Positions 22,002-31,885 of a stretch of DNA of 64,000 bases are shown here, piece by piece. The notes beneath the pieces are model-generated. The model saw nothing but the letters and a program-made list of their open reading frames with translations. It did no database searches and was not told the origin of the DNA. This DNA is from Pseudomonas aeruginosa PAO1 (GTDB lineage: Bacteria; Pseudomonadota; Gammaproteobacteria; Pseudomonadales; Pseudomonadaceae): the NCBI RefSeq assembly GCF_000006765.1, contig NC_002516.2. The stretch is one strand, 5' to 3'. How positions within the stretch are numbered: the first letter of the stretch is position 1; the number at the start of each line of letters is the position of its first letter. Position numbers and translations under genes: made by a program.

Positions 22002-23129
22002 ATGCAGATCCGCGCCGATTTCGACAGCGGCAACATCCAGGTCATCGATGCCAGCGATCCCCGCCGGATCCGCCTGGCGATCCGTCCCGACCTGGCCAGC
22101 CAGCATTTCCAGTGGTTCCACTTCAAGGTCGAGGGCATGGCTCCCGCCACCGAGCACTGCTTCACCCTGGTCAACGCCGGCCAGTCGGCCTACAGCCATG
22201 CCTGGAGCGGCTACCAGGCAGTCGCCTCGTACGATGGCGAACGCTGGTTCCGCGTGCCGTCGCAATACGACGCCGACGGCCTGCATTTCCAGCTGGAACC
22301 GGAGGAAAGCGAAGTCCGCTTCGCCTACTTCGAGCCCTACAGCCGCGAACGGCATGCCCGCCTGGTCGAACGTGCGCTCGGCATCGAGGGCGTCGAACGG
22401 CTCGCCGTCGGCACCAGCGTGCAAGGCCGCGACATCGAATTGCTGCGGGTCAGGCGCCATCCCGACAGCCACCTGAAGCTGTGGGTCATCGCCCAGCAGC
22501 ATCCCGGCGAACACATGGCCGAATGGTTCATGGAAGGCCTGATCGAGCGCCTGCAGCGGCCGGACGATACGGAAATGCAGCGCCTGCTGGAAAAGGCCGA
22601 CCTGTACCTGGTGCCGAACATGAACCCGGACGGCGCGTTCCACGGCAACCTGCGCACCAACGCCGCCGGCCAGGATCTCAACCGGGCCTGGCTGGAGCCG
22701 AGCGCCGAGCGCAGCCCGGAAGTCTGGTTCGTCCAGCAGGAGATGAAGCGCCATGGCGTCGACCTGTTCCTCGACATCCACGGCGACGAGGAAATCCCCC
22801 ACGTATTCGCCGCCGGCTGCGAGGGCAACCCGGGCTATACGCCCCGCCTGGAACGGCTCGAGCAACGCTTCCGCGAGGAACTGATGGCGCGCGGCGAATT
22901 CCAGATCCGCCATGGCTACCCACGCAGTGCGCCGGGCCAGGCCAACCTGGCGCTGGCCTGCAACTTCGTCGGGCAGACCTACGACTGCCTGGCGTTCACC
23001 ATCGAGATGCCGTTCAAGGACCACGACGACAACCCGGAGCCCGGGACCGGCTGGTCCGGCGCCCGCTCCAAGCGGCTCGGCCAGGACGTCCTGAGCACCC
23101 TTGCGGTGCTGGTTGACGAACTCCGCTGA
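22002..23129 (+). CDS. M14 zinc carboxypeptidase, cytosolic carboxypeptidase (CCP/Nna1)-like
   Basis: FDSGNI, WFHF, HPGE, PNMNPDG, NAAGQDLNR, DIHGDEE, TIEMP. Confidence 0.88.
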   Translation: MQIRADFDSGNIQVIDASDPRRIRLAIRPDLASQHFQWFHFKVEGMAPATEHCFTLVNAGQSAYSHAWSGYQAVASYDGERWFRVPSQYDADGLHFQLEPEESEVRFAYFEPYSRERHARLVERALGIEGVERLAVGTSVQGRDIELLRVRRHPDSHLKLWVIAQQHPGEHMAEWFMEGLIERLQRPDDTEMQRLLEKADLYLVPNMNPDGAFHGNLRTNAAGQDLNRAWLEPSAERSPEVWFVQQEMKRHGVDLFLDIHGDEEIPHVFAAGCEGNPGYTPRLERLEQRFREELMARGEFQIRHGYPRSAPGQANLALACNFVGQTYDCLAFTIEMPFKDHDDNPEPGTGWSGARSKRLGQDVLSTLAVLVDELR

Positions 23130-23135
23130 AAATGG

Positions 23136-23159
23136 ACGGGGCGCCGCGCGGCGCCCCGT
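23136..23159. terminator. Hairpin between convergent carboxypeptidase and tpm
   Basis: ACGGGGCGCC-GCGC-GGCGCCCCGT. Confidence 0.6.
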
Positions 23160-23160
23160 T

Positions 23161-23817
23161 TCAGCCTCTCTCCAGCAGGTAGACGGCCTCGTCCAGCCAG
23201 GACACCCCGCGCTCGAGGAATTTCCAGTTGACGCCGAGCACGTCGCCGCGCTCCAGTTCCTCGATCCGCCAACCGCCAGCGTAGTAGCCACGCACCTCCT
23301 CGTCGGGCACGGCGAACGGCGGACCGGCCATCTCCGCCTGCGGGTAGTCGATGGTGACCAGCAAGCCGAGGCTGCGCGTCGGCAGGACCGCCTGGAGATG
23401 CCCGGCATAGCGCTCGCGCATCTCCGGCGGCAGGGCGATCAGCGCGGCGCGGTCGTAGAACGCCCTGCACTGCGCCAGGTGCTCTGCCTGCAAGGCGAAG
23501 AAATCACCCTGCAGCAGGGTGATGCCGGCGACCCGGTAGCGGCGGAAACCATCCAGTTGATCGATCTCGGGGTGCAGGTCGTGCTCCTCGAAGAAGTCGC
23601 TCACGGCCTTTTCCGAAAGCTCCACCCCCAGCACCTCCAGTCCCTGGGCGGCCAGCCAGGCCAGGTCCAGGGTCTTGCCGCACAACGGCACCAGGATCTG
23701 TTCGCCCGCTTGCAGTCGCAGCCGCGACAGGTGGCGCATCAGGTAGGGATTGATCTCGTCCAGGTGGAAGCCGATCTGGTTGTTCGCCCAGCGGGCGTGC
23801 CAAAAATCCGCCTGCAT
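23161..23817 (-). CDS. tpm: Thiopurine S-methyltransferase
   Basis: FWHARW, IGFH, VPLCGKTLD, GVELS, QGDFF, YDRAALIALP. Confidence 0.92.
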   Translation of the reverse strand: MQADFWHARWANNQIGFHLDEINPYLMRHLSRLRLQAGEQILVPLCGKTLDLAWLAAQGLEVLGVELSEKAVSDFFEEHDLHPEIDQLDGFRRYRVAGITLLQGDFFALQAEHLAQCRAFYDRAALIALPPEMRERYAGHLQAVLPTRSLGLLVTIDYPQAEMAGPPFAVPDEEVRGYYAGGWRIEELERGDVLGVNWKFLERGVSWLDEAVYLLERG

Positions 23818-23872
23818 CCTGTCCTCCGCATTCGTGGGAAAAACCGCAAGGTGGCGACAATCGGCCGGCAGG

Positions 23873-24319
23873 TCAACTCCCCTGCGCATCTCCCTCGCGC
23901 ACTTCCACCAGCACCGGACACGGCGCCTCGCGGATCACCCGGTCGCCGACCGAAGGATCGAGCAGGCGCTCCAGCCGCCCCAGGTGCCGATGACCGATGA
24001 CGATCAGCTCGCAGCCCAGGCGTCGCGCCTCGCCCAGGATCACCTGCACCGGGTCGCCGGCGCGCAGCTCGGCCCGTACCTCCAGCTCGCACCCGGCTAG
24101 CAGCGCACGGGCCTCGTCGAGCACCTGCCGGGCCTCTTCGCACTCGTGCGCGGCGGGCGGATAGTCGAGCAGCGTCGGCCGGCCCGGCAACGCATAGCCG
24201 GCGTCCACCGCGCACAGCAGGTGGACCCGCGCGCCCGGCGCGGCGGCCTGCCGCGCCAGCTCGGCAATGCGACGGGTCTGCGGGCCGCCGTCGATGGCGA
24301 CCAGGAGCGTATGGAACAT
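23873..24319 (-). CDS. Universal stress protein
   Basis: LLVAIDGG, GDPVQVIL, LIVIGHR, SVGDRVIREAPCPVLV. Confidence 0.88.
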   Translation of the reverse strand: MFHTLLVAIDGGPQTRRIAELARQAAAPGARVHLLCAVDAGYALPGRPTLLDYPPAAHECEEARQVLDEARALLAGCELEVRAELRAGDPVQVILGEARRLGCELIVIGHRHLGRLERLLDPSVGDRVIREAPCPVLVEVREGDAQGS

Positions 24320-24475
24320 CGGCAAATCCTCGGATAGAGCGTGCACCGGCATTCTTCGGCAGCCACCGGTGCGCGTAAAGGCACCGCGAACGCAATCCAG
24401 CAATGCAGCGAACGCACGCCTGGGAGAACGAAAGACTGCACCCTGCGCATGCCAGCGTGCTTATACTTCCACTCC

Positions 24476-25408
24476 ATGCATCTTCCCGATCTGAATCTCC
24501 TGGTCGCCCTCAACGTTCTTCTCGAAGAGGGCAGCGTGGTCGGAGCCGCGCGCCGCATGCACCTCAGCCCACCGGCGATGAGCCGTACCCTGTCACGGAT
24601 CCGCGAGGCGGTAGGCGACCCGATCATGGTCCGCGCCGGCCGCAAGCTGGTGCCCACGCCCCGTGCCCTGGAACTGCAGGAGCAGGTCCGGCAACTGGTG
24701 GACCAGGCCCGCGACCTGTTCAACACTCGCGAGACCATCCAACTGGACAAGCTGGAGCGCTGCTTCACCCTGCGTTCCAACAACACCCTGGTCGGCGGTC
24801 TGTCGATACGCCTGCTGGAGATCTTCGCCGAGGAGGCGCCGCGCTGCACCCTGCGCTTCGTGCAGGAGTCGGACATCGACGACGAGGCACTGCGGCAGAA
24901 CCGCATCGACCTCTACATCGGCGCCTCGTCCTGGATGGAACCCGAGGTCAAGACCCAGCAGTTGCTCACCACCCGCTTCGTCGGCCTGGCCCGCCAGGGG
25001 CACCCGATCTTCGACGGCGAGATCACTCCGCAGCGCTTCGTCGCTTTTCCGCATATCGCCGTCTCGCGTCGTGGCCTCAACCATGGACCGCTGGACCAGG
25101 CCCTGGGAGAACTCGGCCTGAAGCGCGACGTCAAGCTGATCAGCCCGACCTTCCACTCGGCGATCTTCGCCCTGCCCGGCTCCGACCTGCTGCTGCCGAT
25201 CGCCGAGCATTCCCTGTGGCGGGCCAACCGACTGGGCCTGGGCCTGCGCCAGTTCGACATCCCGGTGCCGTTGAAGACCGTGATGGTGGTCCAGGCCTGG
25301 CATCCACGCTTCGACAACGATCCCGCGCACCGCTGGTTCCGGCAAACGATCAAGCGGATTTGCGAGGAAGTGCAGAGCGATCCCCATCCGCTGCTTGGCT
25401 CCAACTGA
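24476..25408 (+). CDS. LysR-family regulator (NodD/LeuO-like)
   Basis: DLNLLVAL, SPPAMSRTLSRIR, GDPIMVR; alternative start 24449. Confidence 0.9.
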   Translation: MHLPDLNLLVALNVLLEEGSVVGAARRMHLSPPAMSRTLSRIREAVGDPIMVRAGRKLVPTPRALELQEQVRQLVDQARDLFNTRETIQLDKLERCFTLRSNNTLVGGLSIRLLEIFAEEAPRCTLRFVQESDIDDEALRQNRIDLYIGASSWMEPEVKTQQLLTTRFVGLARQGHPIFDGEITPQRFVAFPHIAVSRRGLNHGPLDQALGELGLKRDVKLISPTFHSAIFALPGSDLLLPIAEHSLWRANRLGLGLRQFDIPVPLKTVMVVQAWHPRFDNDPAHRWFRQTIKRICEEVQSDPHPLLGSN

Positions 25409-25545
25409 AACAGATGCACAAAATGCACTGATTCATTTCGATCATTTCAATTTTCACACTACCGGGACGCTCCTAGACTGCGGCGGAAATCAGAAGAGTT
25501 TCCGCCCATGCCTTGTTTCCCCACCCTCGCCGTAGCGAGGTCGCG

Positions 25546-27138
25546 ATGACTTCGCTCGCCACCCCGCTCGGCCAGCCGACGCCAACCGCAGCCCCCGCCG
25601 CCCAGCCTTTCGGCACGCGCATCGTGGTAGGCCTGCTCGGCGTGCTGCTCGCCTCGCTCACCGCCGGTCTCAATGGTCATGTCACCGAGATCGCCATGAC
25701 CGATGTGCGCGGCGCACTCGCCATTGGCCATGACGAAGGCACCTGGCTGACCGTGCTCTACGAAGCCACCCAGGTCGCCGCCATGGCATTCGCGCCCTGG
25801 TGTTCGGTGACCTTTTCCCTGCGCCGCTTCACGCTCTTCGCCATCGGCGGCTTCGCCCTGCTGGCCCTGCTCTGTCCGTTCGCGCCGAACCTCGAGAGCC
25901 TGCTGGTCCTGCGCACCCTGCAAGGGCTGATGGCCGGCTGCCTGCCGCCGATGCTGATGACCGTGGCGCTACGCTTCCTGCCACCCGGGATAAAGCTCTA
26001 TGGCCTGGGCGCCTATGCCCTCACCGCGACCTTCGGGCCCAACCTGGGCCTGCCACTGGCGGCGTTCTGGTTCGAATACGTCGGCTGGCAGTGGGTGTTC
26101 TGGCAGGTCATTCCACTGTGCCTGGTGGCGATGGCCGCGGTGTCCCATGGCATCCCCCAGGACCCGGTGCGCCTGGAACGCTTCCGCCAGTTCGACGGCA
26201 TCGGCCTGCTCACCGGCTTCCCGGCGATCTGCGCCCTGGTGATCGGTCTGCTGCAAGGCGAACGCCTGGACTGGTTCGAGTCGCCGCTGATCTGCCTGCT
26301 GCTGGGCAGCGGCAGCCTCCTGCTGGGGCTGTTCCTGGTCAACGAATGGAGCCACCCGCTGCCGTTCTTCCGCCTGCAGTTGCTGAAGCGCCGTAACCTG
26401 ACCTTCGCCCTGATCACCCTGGCCGGCGTGCTGGTGGTGCTCGGCGCGAGCATGGGCGTGCCGACCGAATTCCTCGCCGAGATCCGCGGCTACCGCCCCC
26501 TGCAGAGCGTACCCATGGTGTTGCTGGTGGCCCTTCCGCAGCTCGTCGCGCTGCCGCTGGTGGCGGCCCTCTGCAACATCCCGCGGGTCGACTGCCGCTG
26601 GGTGCTGGCCTGCGGCCTGTGCCTGTGCGCCGGTGCCTGCCTGAGCTTCAGCCAACTGACGGCGGACTGGGTGCGCGAGGACTTCTACCTGCCGATGCTG
26701 TTACTGGTGGTCGGCCAGCCGATGGCGGTGATTCCGCTGCTGATGCTCTCCACCAGCGTCATCGCGCCCATCGAGGGACCCTTCGCCTCGGCCTGGTTCA
26801 ACACCGTCCGCGGCTTCTCCGGGGTAGTCGCCACCGCGGTGATCGGCGCCCTCGGCACCGCCCGCGAGCACTACCACTCCAACCGCCTGGTGGATCACCT
26901 GGGCAATGCGCCCCAGGCCGTCGAACTGCGCCTGCAACAGATCGCCGGCCTGCAACCGGGCGCCGACTCCGGCGCGCACTGGCAGCACCTGGCCGAACAG
27001 GCCCGCCAACAGGCCCAGGTGCTGGGCAACGCCGACGTGCTGCTGGCAATGGCCGGCCTGGCCTGCGCCCTGCTGATCCTGATTCCGATCCTGCCGCAAC
27101 GGGCCTACCCGCCCCGCCCGGTCGCTCCCACACACTGA
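25546..27138 (+). CDS. MFS (DHA2/EmrB-like) efflux transporter
   Basis: About 14 TM segments; LRTLQGL, FGPNLG; GAGG RBS. Confidence 0.88.
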   Translation: MTSLATPLGQPTPTAAPAAQPFGTRIVVGLLGVLLASLTAGLNGHVTEIAMTDVRGALAIGHDEGTWLTVLYEATQVAAMAFAPWCSVTFSLRRFTLFAIGGFALLALLCPFAPNLESLLVLRTLQGLMAGCLPPMLMTVALRFLPPGIKLYGLGAYALTATFGPNLGLPLAAFWFEYVGWQWVFWQVIPLCLVAMAAVSHGIPQDPVRLERFRQFDGIGLLTGFPAICALVIGLLQGERLDWFESPLICLLLGSGSLLLGLFLVNEWSHPLPFFRLQLLKRRNLTFALITLAGVLVVLGASMGVPTEFLAEIRGYRPLQSVPMVLLVALPQLVALPLVAALCNIPRVDCRWVLACGLCLCAGACLSFSQLTADWVREDFYLPMLLLVVGQPMAVIPLLMLSTSVIAPIEGPFASAWFNTVRGFSGVVATAVIGALGTAREHYHSNRLVDHLGNAPQAVELRLQQIAGLQPGADSGAHWQHLAEQARQQAQVLGNADVLLAMAGLACALLILIPILPQRAYPPRPVAPTH

Positions 27139-27149
27139 AAGGTCGCTGT

Positions 27150-28214
27150 ATGTCGTTCATCACTTCGCGCAAGGGCAGCCTGCTGCTCGCCGCCCTGCTG
27201 GTCCTGACCCTACTGGTCTACCTGCTGTTCCACCTGCTCGCCCCACGGGTCGTGCAGAGCACCGACGACGCCTATGTGCACGCCGATTTCACCCTGGTCG
27301 CGCCGAAAGTCGCCGGCTTCGTCCAGGACGTTCTGGTCGAGGACAACCAGCCGGTCAAGGCCGGCCAGTTGCTCGCCCGCCTCGACGACCGCGACTTCCG
27401 CACCGCCCTGGCCGCCGCCGAAGCCGACGTGCTCGGTGCCGAGGCCAACCTGGCCAATGCCGAGGCCAACCTGCAACGCCAGCAGGCGCTGATCGAACAG
27501 GCGCGGGCCAAGGTCCGCGCCGAGCAGGCCGAGCTGGTCTTCGCCCGTCACGAGCAAAGCCGCTACCAGACCCTCGCCAGCAAGGGCGCCGGCAGCCTGC
27601 AGAACGCCCAGCAGGCGCAATCGCGGATCGATACCGCCAGCGCCCGGCTGGCCGAGGGCCAGGCCGCAGTGGATGCCACGCGCAAGCAGGTGAGCGTCCT
27701 CGAAGCCCGCGTCGGCCAGGCCCGTGGCGACCTGCAACGCATGCAGGCGCGACGCGACCAGGCCCGCCTGGACCTCTCCTACTGCGAACTCCGCGCGCCC
27801 TTCGACGGCCAGGTCGGCCGCCGCCAACTGCGCGTCGGCGCCTATGTCACGCCGGGCAGCGCGCTGCTGGCGGTGGTGCCACTGCAGCAGGCCTACGTGG
27901 TCGGCAATTTCCAGGAAACCCAACTGACCCACGTCTCTCCCGGACAGGCCGTGGAGATCCGCGTCGATACCTTCCCCGGCGAGGTTCTGCGCGGCCATGT
28001 CGACAGCATCGCACCGGCCACCGGCCTGAGCTTCGCGCCGATCGCCCCGGACAACGCCACCGGCAACTTCACCAAGGTGGTCCAGCGGATCCCGGTGAAG
28101 ATCGTTCTCGAGCCGCGCCAGGCCATGGCGGGCAAGTTGCGTGTGGGCATGTCGGTGGAAGCACGGATCGACACCGCGACCGGCACCCGCTCCGCCGAGG
28201 TCGCCCAGCAATGA
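27150..28214 (+). CDS. HlyD/EmrA-family membrane fusion protein
   Basis: STDDAYV, VAPKVAG, coiled coil, APATG...NATGNFTKVVQRIPV. Confidence 0.92.
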   Translation: MSFITSRKGSLLLAALLVLTLLVYLLFHLLAPRVVQSTDDAYVHADFTLVAPKVAGFVQDVLVEDNQPVKAGQLLARLDDRDFRTALAAAEADVLGAEANLANAEANLQRQQALIEQARAKVRAEQAELVFARHEQSRYQTLASKGAGSLQNAQQAQSRIDTASARLAEGQAAVDATRKQVSVLEARVGQARGDLQRMQARRDQARLDLSYCELRAPFDGQVGRRQLRVGAYVTPGSALLAVVPLQQAYVVGNFQETQLTHVSPGQAVEIRVDTFPGEVLRGHVDSIAPATGLSFAPIAPDNATGNFTKVVQRIPVKIVLEPRQAMAGKLRVGMSVEARIDTATGTRSAEVAQQ

Positions 28215-29650
28215 AAGGCACTCCGCTCCTGCTTATTGCCAGCCTTGCGCTCGGCGCCTGCAGCCTCGGCCCCGACTTCACCCGCCCGGACCGCCCTGCG
28301 CCCGGCGAATGGTCGCTCCAGGCCGCTGCCGGCAACCCCAGCCACCTCGCCGCCGCGCCGCTCGCAGCCCAATGGTGGACGCTGTTCGACGACGCGCAAT
28401 TGAACGCCCTGCTGCAACGGGTCCAGCGTGCCAACCTCGACCTGCGCAGCGCCGCGGCGCGCCTGCAGCAGAGCCGCGCGATCCGTCGCAGCCTCGGCGG
28501 TGACGCCCTGCCCTCGGTGGACGCCAGCGGCAACTACCAGCGCCAGCGGACCACCAGCGCCGGCCTGTTCGATCCCTCCGGCAAGGCCGGCAAAGGCAAC
28601 TACAACCACGCCCTGGCCGGCTTCGACGCCTCCTGGGAGCTGGACTTCTGGGGCCGCGTGCGACGCGAGCTGGAAGCCGCCGACGCGACGGTGGAAGCCA
28701 GCGAGAACGAACTGCGCGACGTGCAGGTCTCGGTGCTGGCGGAAGCCGCGCGCGACTATATCCAGTTGCGCGGCGAACAGAACCGTGCGGCGATCATCCG
28801 CGACAACCTCGAGACCGCACGGCGCAGCCTGGAACTCACCCGCACGCGCCTGGCCAACGGCGTCGCCACCGACCTCGAGGTAGCCCAGGCGCTGGCCCAG
28901 GTGGCCAGCATGGAGGCACGCCTGCCCGAGGTGGAAAAGAACCAGGCGCACCTGGTCAACGCCCTCGGCTACCTGGTCGGCGCCAGCCCCGGCAGCCTGC
29001 TCGCCGAACTCGGCCCGGCGCGGGCGATTCCGCGTCCGCCGGGCAGCGTGCCGGTCGGCCTGCCGTCCGAACTGGCCCAGCGCCGCCCCGACATCCGTCG
29101 TGCCGAAGCGCGCCTGCACGCCGCTACCGCCAGCATCGGCGTGGCCAAGGCGGACTTCTATCCGCGCATCACGCTCAACGGCAACTTCGGTTTCGAATCC
29201 CTGCAACTGTCCAGCCTGGGCGACTGGGACCATCGCCAGTTCGCCATCGGCCCGGCGTTCAGCCTGCCGATCTTCGAAGGCGGACGCCTGCGCGGACGCC
29301 TGGAGCTACGCGAGGCACAGCAGCAGGAAGCCGCCATCGACTACCAGCGCACCGTGCTGCGTGCCTGGCAGGAAGTCGACGACGCGATGCACGACTACGC
29401 CGCCAACCAGCGCCGCCAGGAGCGCCTCGGCGAAGCCGTGGCGCAGAACCGCCGCGCCCTGCAGAGCGCCCGCGAGCAATACCGCGCCGGCGCGGTGGAC
29501 TTCCTCAGCGTGCTCGACAGCCAGCGGCAACTGCTGGACAACCAGGAACAGCAGGTCGCCAGCGACGAAGCGGTGTCGCTGACCCTGGTCAACCTCTACA
29601 AGGCGCTGGGCGGCGGCTGGAGCCCAACGTCCGACCCGGCGTCGGGCTGA
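28211..29650 (+). CDS. opmA: Outer-membrane efflux lipoprotein (NodT/OprM family; OpmA)
   Basis: Lipobox LALGAC, WELDFWG, PSELAQRRPDI, NLYKALGGGW; ATGA overlap. Confidence 0.88.
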   Translation: MKGTPLLLIASLALGACSLGPDFTRPDRPAPGEWSLQAAAGNPSHLAAAPLAAQWWTLFDDAQLNALLQRVQRANLDLRSAAARLQQSRAIRRSLGGDALPSVDASGNYQRQRTTSAGLFDPSGKAGKGNYNHALAGFDASWELDFWGRVRRELEAADATVEASENELRDVQVSVLAEAARDYIQLRGEQNRAAIIRDNLETARRSLELTRTRLANGVATDLEVAQALAQVASMEARLPEVEKNQAHLVNALGYLVGASPGSLLAELGPARAIPRPPGSVPVGLPSELAQRRPDIRRAEARLHAATASIGVAKADFYPRITLNGNFGFESLQLSSLGDWDHRQFAIGPAFSLPIFEGGRLRGRLELREAQQQEAAIDYQRTVLRAWQEVDDAMHDYAANQRRQERLGEAVAQNRRALQSAREQYRAGAVDFLSVLDSQRQLLDNQEQQVASDEAVSLTLVNLYKALGGGWSPTSDPASG

Positions 29651-29686
29651 GACGGCGCCGGGCGCGGACCGGCGAAGGAGTTGGAA

Positions 29687-30658
29687 ATGGACCTGCTGCA
29701 AGGTATCCGGACCTTCGTCCGCGTGGTGGAGCACGGCAGCTTCACCCAGGCCGCCCAAGCGCTGGGGACCTCTCCGGCGACCGTTTCGCGCCAGGTCGCC
29801 GGGCTCGAACAGGCGCTCTCGGCGCGCCTGCTGCAACGCAATACGCGCAGCGTCGTGGTGACGGAAAGCGGTCTGCGCTATTACGAGCATTGCAAGCAGA
29901 TCCTGCGCACGGTCGCCGCCGCCGCGGCGGACGTCGAAGACAGCCAGTCCCACGCCAGCGGTCGCCTGCGCCTCCACGCGGTGACCGAACTGGGCCTCGA
30001 GCACCTGATGCCGCTACTGGTGGACTACCTGGACGGCCATCCGGACGTCTCCGTCGACCTCACGCTGGCCCAGGGCACCCCGGCCCTGCTCGAGGAAGGC
30101 CTGGACGTGCTGATCACCCTCGGCCGAACCTTGCCGGACTCGACCCTGGTCGCCCGCGATCTCGGCCAGGTGTTCAGCGTGGTCTGTGCCGCGCCGGAAT
30201 ACCTGGCACGGCATGGCGTGCCACGCACGCCGGAGGACCTGCTGCGGCATCGCTGCCTGAACGTGGCCGCGCCGTCCTGCCCGCAGGGCTGGGCCTTCGT
30301 CGGCGAACGCGGCGAAACGCTGCTCGATCTCGACGAGGCGCTCAAGGTCAACCTTCCCGAGGCCGCCTGCGCCGCCGCCGCGGCCGGGCTCGGCGTCTGC
30401 CTGCTGCCCGGCTTCGTCGCCGCCCGCGCGCTGCAGGAAGGCAGCCTGTTGCGGCTACTGCCGGGCCATCGACTGCATGTCCGCGAGGTGTTCGTGCTGT
30501 ACTCCTCGCGGCGCTACCTGGACGCCAAGATCCGCACCTGGGTGGACTTCCTCAGGGAACGCCTGCCCCTGGCGTTCGAGCGTGACCGGGCGATCCTCGA
30601 CGATCGGCGCTACTGGGCGGAAAGCCCAACCGGCGTAGCGCGCGAGACCGCGACCTAA
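29687..30658 (+). CDS. LysR-family regulator (DmlR/CrgA-like)
   Basis: FVRVVEHGSFTQAA, LLQRNTRSV; AAGGAG RBS. Confidence 0.9.
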   Translation: MDLLQGIRTFVRVVEHGSFTQAAQALGTSPATVSRQVAGLEQALSARLLQRNTRSVVVTESGLRYYEHCKQILRTVAAAAADVEDSQSHASGRLRLHAVTELGLEHLMPLLVDYLDGHPDVSVDLTLAQGTPALLEEGLDVLITLGRTLPDSTLVARDLGQVFSVVCAAPEYLARHGVPRTPEDLLRHRCLNVAAPSCPQGWAFVGERGETLLDLDEALKVNLPEAACAAAAAGLGVCLLPGFVAARALQEGSLLRLLPGHRLHVREVFVLYSSRRYLDAKIRTWVDFLRERLPLAFERDRAILDDRRYWAESPTGVARETAT

Positions 30659-30748
30659 CGCCTGGGTCGATAGGTATCCTCAAAAACATATACTGGTTTT
30701 CGATTGATCGAGGGAGGAACATGGCTCATCCGAGTCACGAGGTGAATC

Positions 30749-31519
30749 ATGCTACCGACTCTCTATATTTCCCACGGCTCACCGATGCTCGCCCTCGAAC
30801 CGGGCGCCAGCGGCGTACAACTGCGCCGCCTGGCTACAGAGCTGCCGCGGCCGAAGGCGATCCTGGTGGTTTCCGCGCACTGGGAAAGCGACGACCTCCG
30901 GGTAACCGGCGCCGCGGTGCCGGATATCTGGCACGACTTCTACGGCTTTCCGCCGCCCCTCTACGCCGTGCGCTACCCGGCCAAAGGCGAGCCGGCGCTG
31001 GCACAGCGGACGATCGAACTGCTCCAGGCCGCCGGCCTGCCGGCCCAGGCCGACCCACAGCGACCATTCGACCACGGCACCTGGGTGCCGCTGAGCCTGA
31101 TGTACCCGCAGGCGGACATCCCCGTGCTCCAGCTGTCCCTGCCGAGCCGCCTCGGTCCGGCCCTGCAGAGCCGCGTCGGCCAGGCCCTGCGCCAACTGCG
31201 CGGGGAAGGCGTGCTGCTGATCGGTTCCGGCAGCATCACCCACAACCTGGGCGAACTGGACTGGCGCGCCGGGCCGGAAGCCATCGCGCCCTGGGCGCGG
31301 GAGTTCCGTGACTGGATGGTGGAAAAGCTCCAGGCCGACGACGAGGCCGCGCTTCACGACTACCGCCGGCAGGCGCCCTGGGCGGCGCGCAACCACCCCA
31401 GCGACGAGCACCTGCTGCCACTGTTCTTCGCCCGCGGCGCGGGCGGCGGCGGGATGCGCGTCGAGCACAGCGGCTTTACCCTGGGCTCGTTGGGGATGGA
31501 TATCTATCGCTTCGATTGA
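30749..31519 (+). CDS. LigB-type extradiol dioxygenase (YgiD/DODA-like)
   Basis: YISHGSP, VSAHW, DFYGFP, FDHGTW, GSGSITHNL, HPSDEHLLP. Confidence 0.88.
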   Translation: MLPTLYISHGSPMLALEPGASGVQLRRLATELPRPKAILVVSAHWESDDLRVTGAAVPDIWHDFYGFPPPLYAVRYPAKGEPALAQRTIELLQAAGLPAQADPQRPFDHGTWVPLSLMYPQADIPVLQLSLPSRLGPALQSRVGQALRQLRGEGVLLIGSGSITHNLGELDWRAGPEAIAPWAREFRDWMVEKLQADDEAALHDYRRQAPWAARNHPSDEHLLPLFFARGAGGGGMRVEHSGFTLGSLGMDIYRFD

Positions 31520-31615
31520 CAGGGTTTCTCGTGGGACTGGCGGAGAGCATCGGCTTCCCGCCGCAAGCTGGGTGGACTCGGCTGGCAGCCAGGAAATCGC
31601 GAGCGATATAGTCCT

Positions 31616-31647
31616 GTAGTGCGGATAACGCCATAGGCGTGATCCGC
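31616..31647 (+). repeat. GTAG-family REP-like element
   Basis: GTAG followed by imperfect hairpin GCGGATAACGCC-ATA-GGCGTGATCCGC; shares GCGGATAACGC with 54330-54340. Confidence 0.55.
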
Positions 31648-31841
31648 GATGTCAGGGATAGGCGGCGGATCAGGGCTTCGGTATGTGCAGGTCTGGCATG
31701 CACGACGTGGTGCCTGCCCTGGCGGCTGGGCGAGTCCTTTGTTTCCTTTAGACGCTTGCCAAAGGGACTCGCCCGGGGTGACGAAGCGAGAAGCCGGGGC
31801 AGGCGCGAAAAACAGCCTGGCCAGCAAACATCAAGCCCATG

Positions 31842-31868
31842 AAAAAGCCCCGCCGAAGCGGGGCTTTT
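31842..31868 (-). terminator. Terminator of deaD
   Basis: AAAAAGCCCCGC-CGAA-GCGGGGCTTTT. Confidence 0.85.
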
Positions 31869-31885
31869 GTTCATCGCGCTGGACC

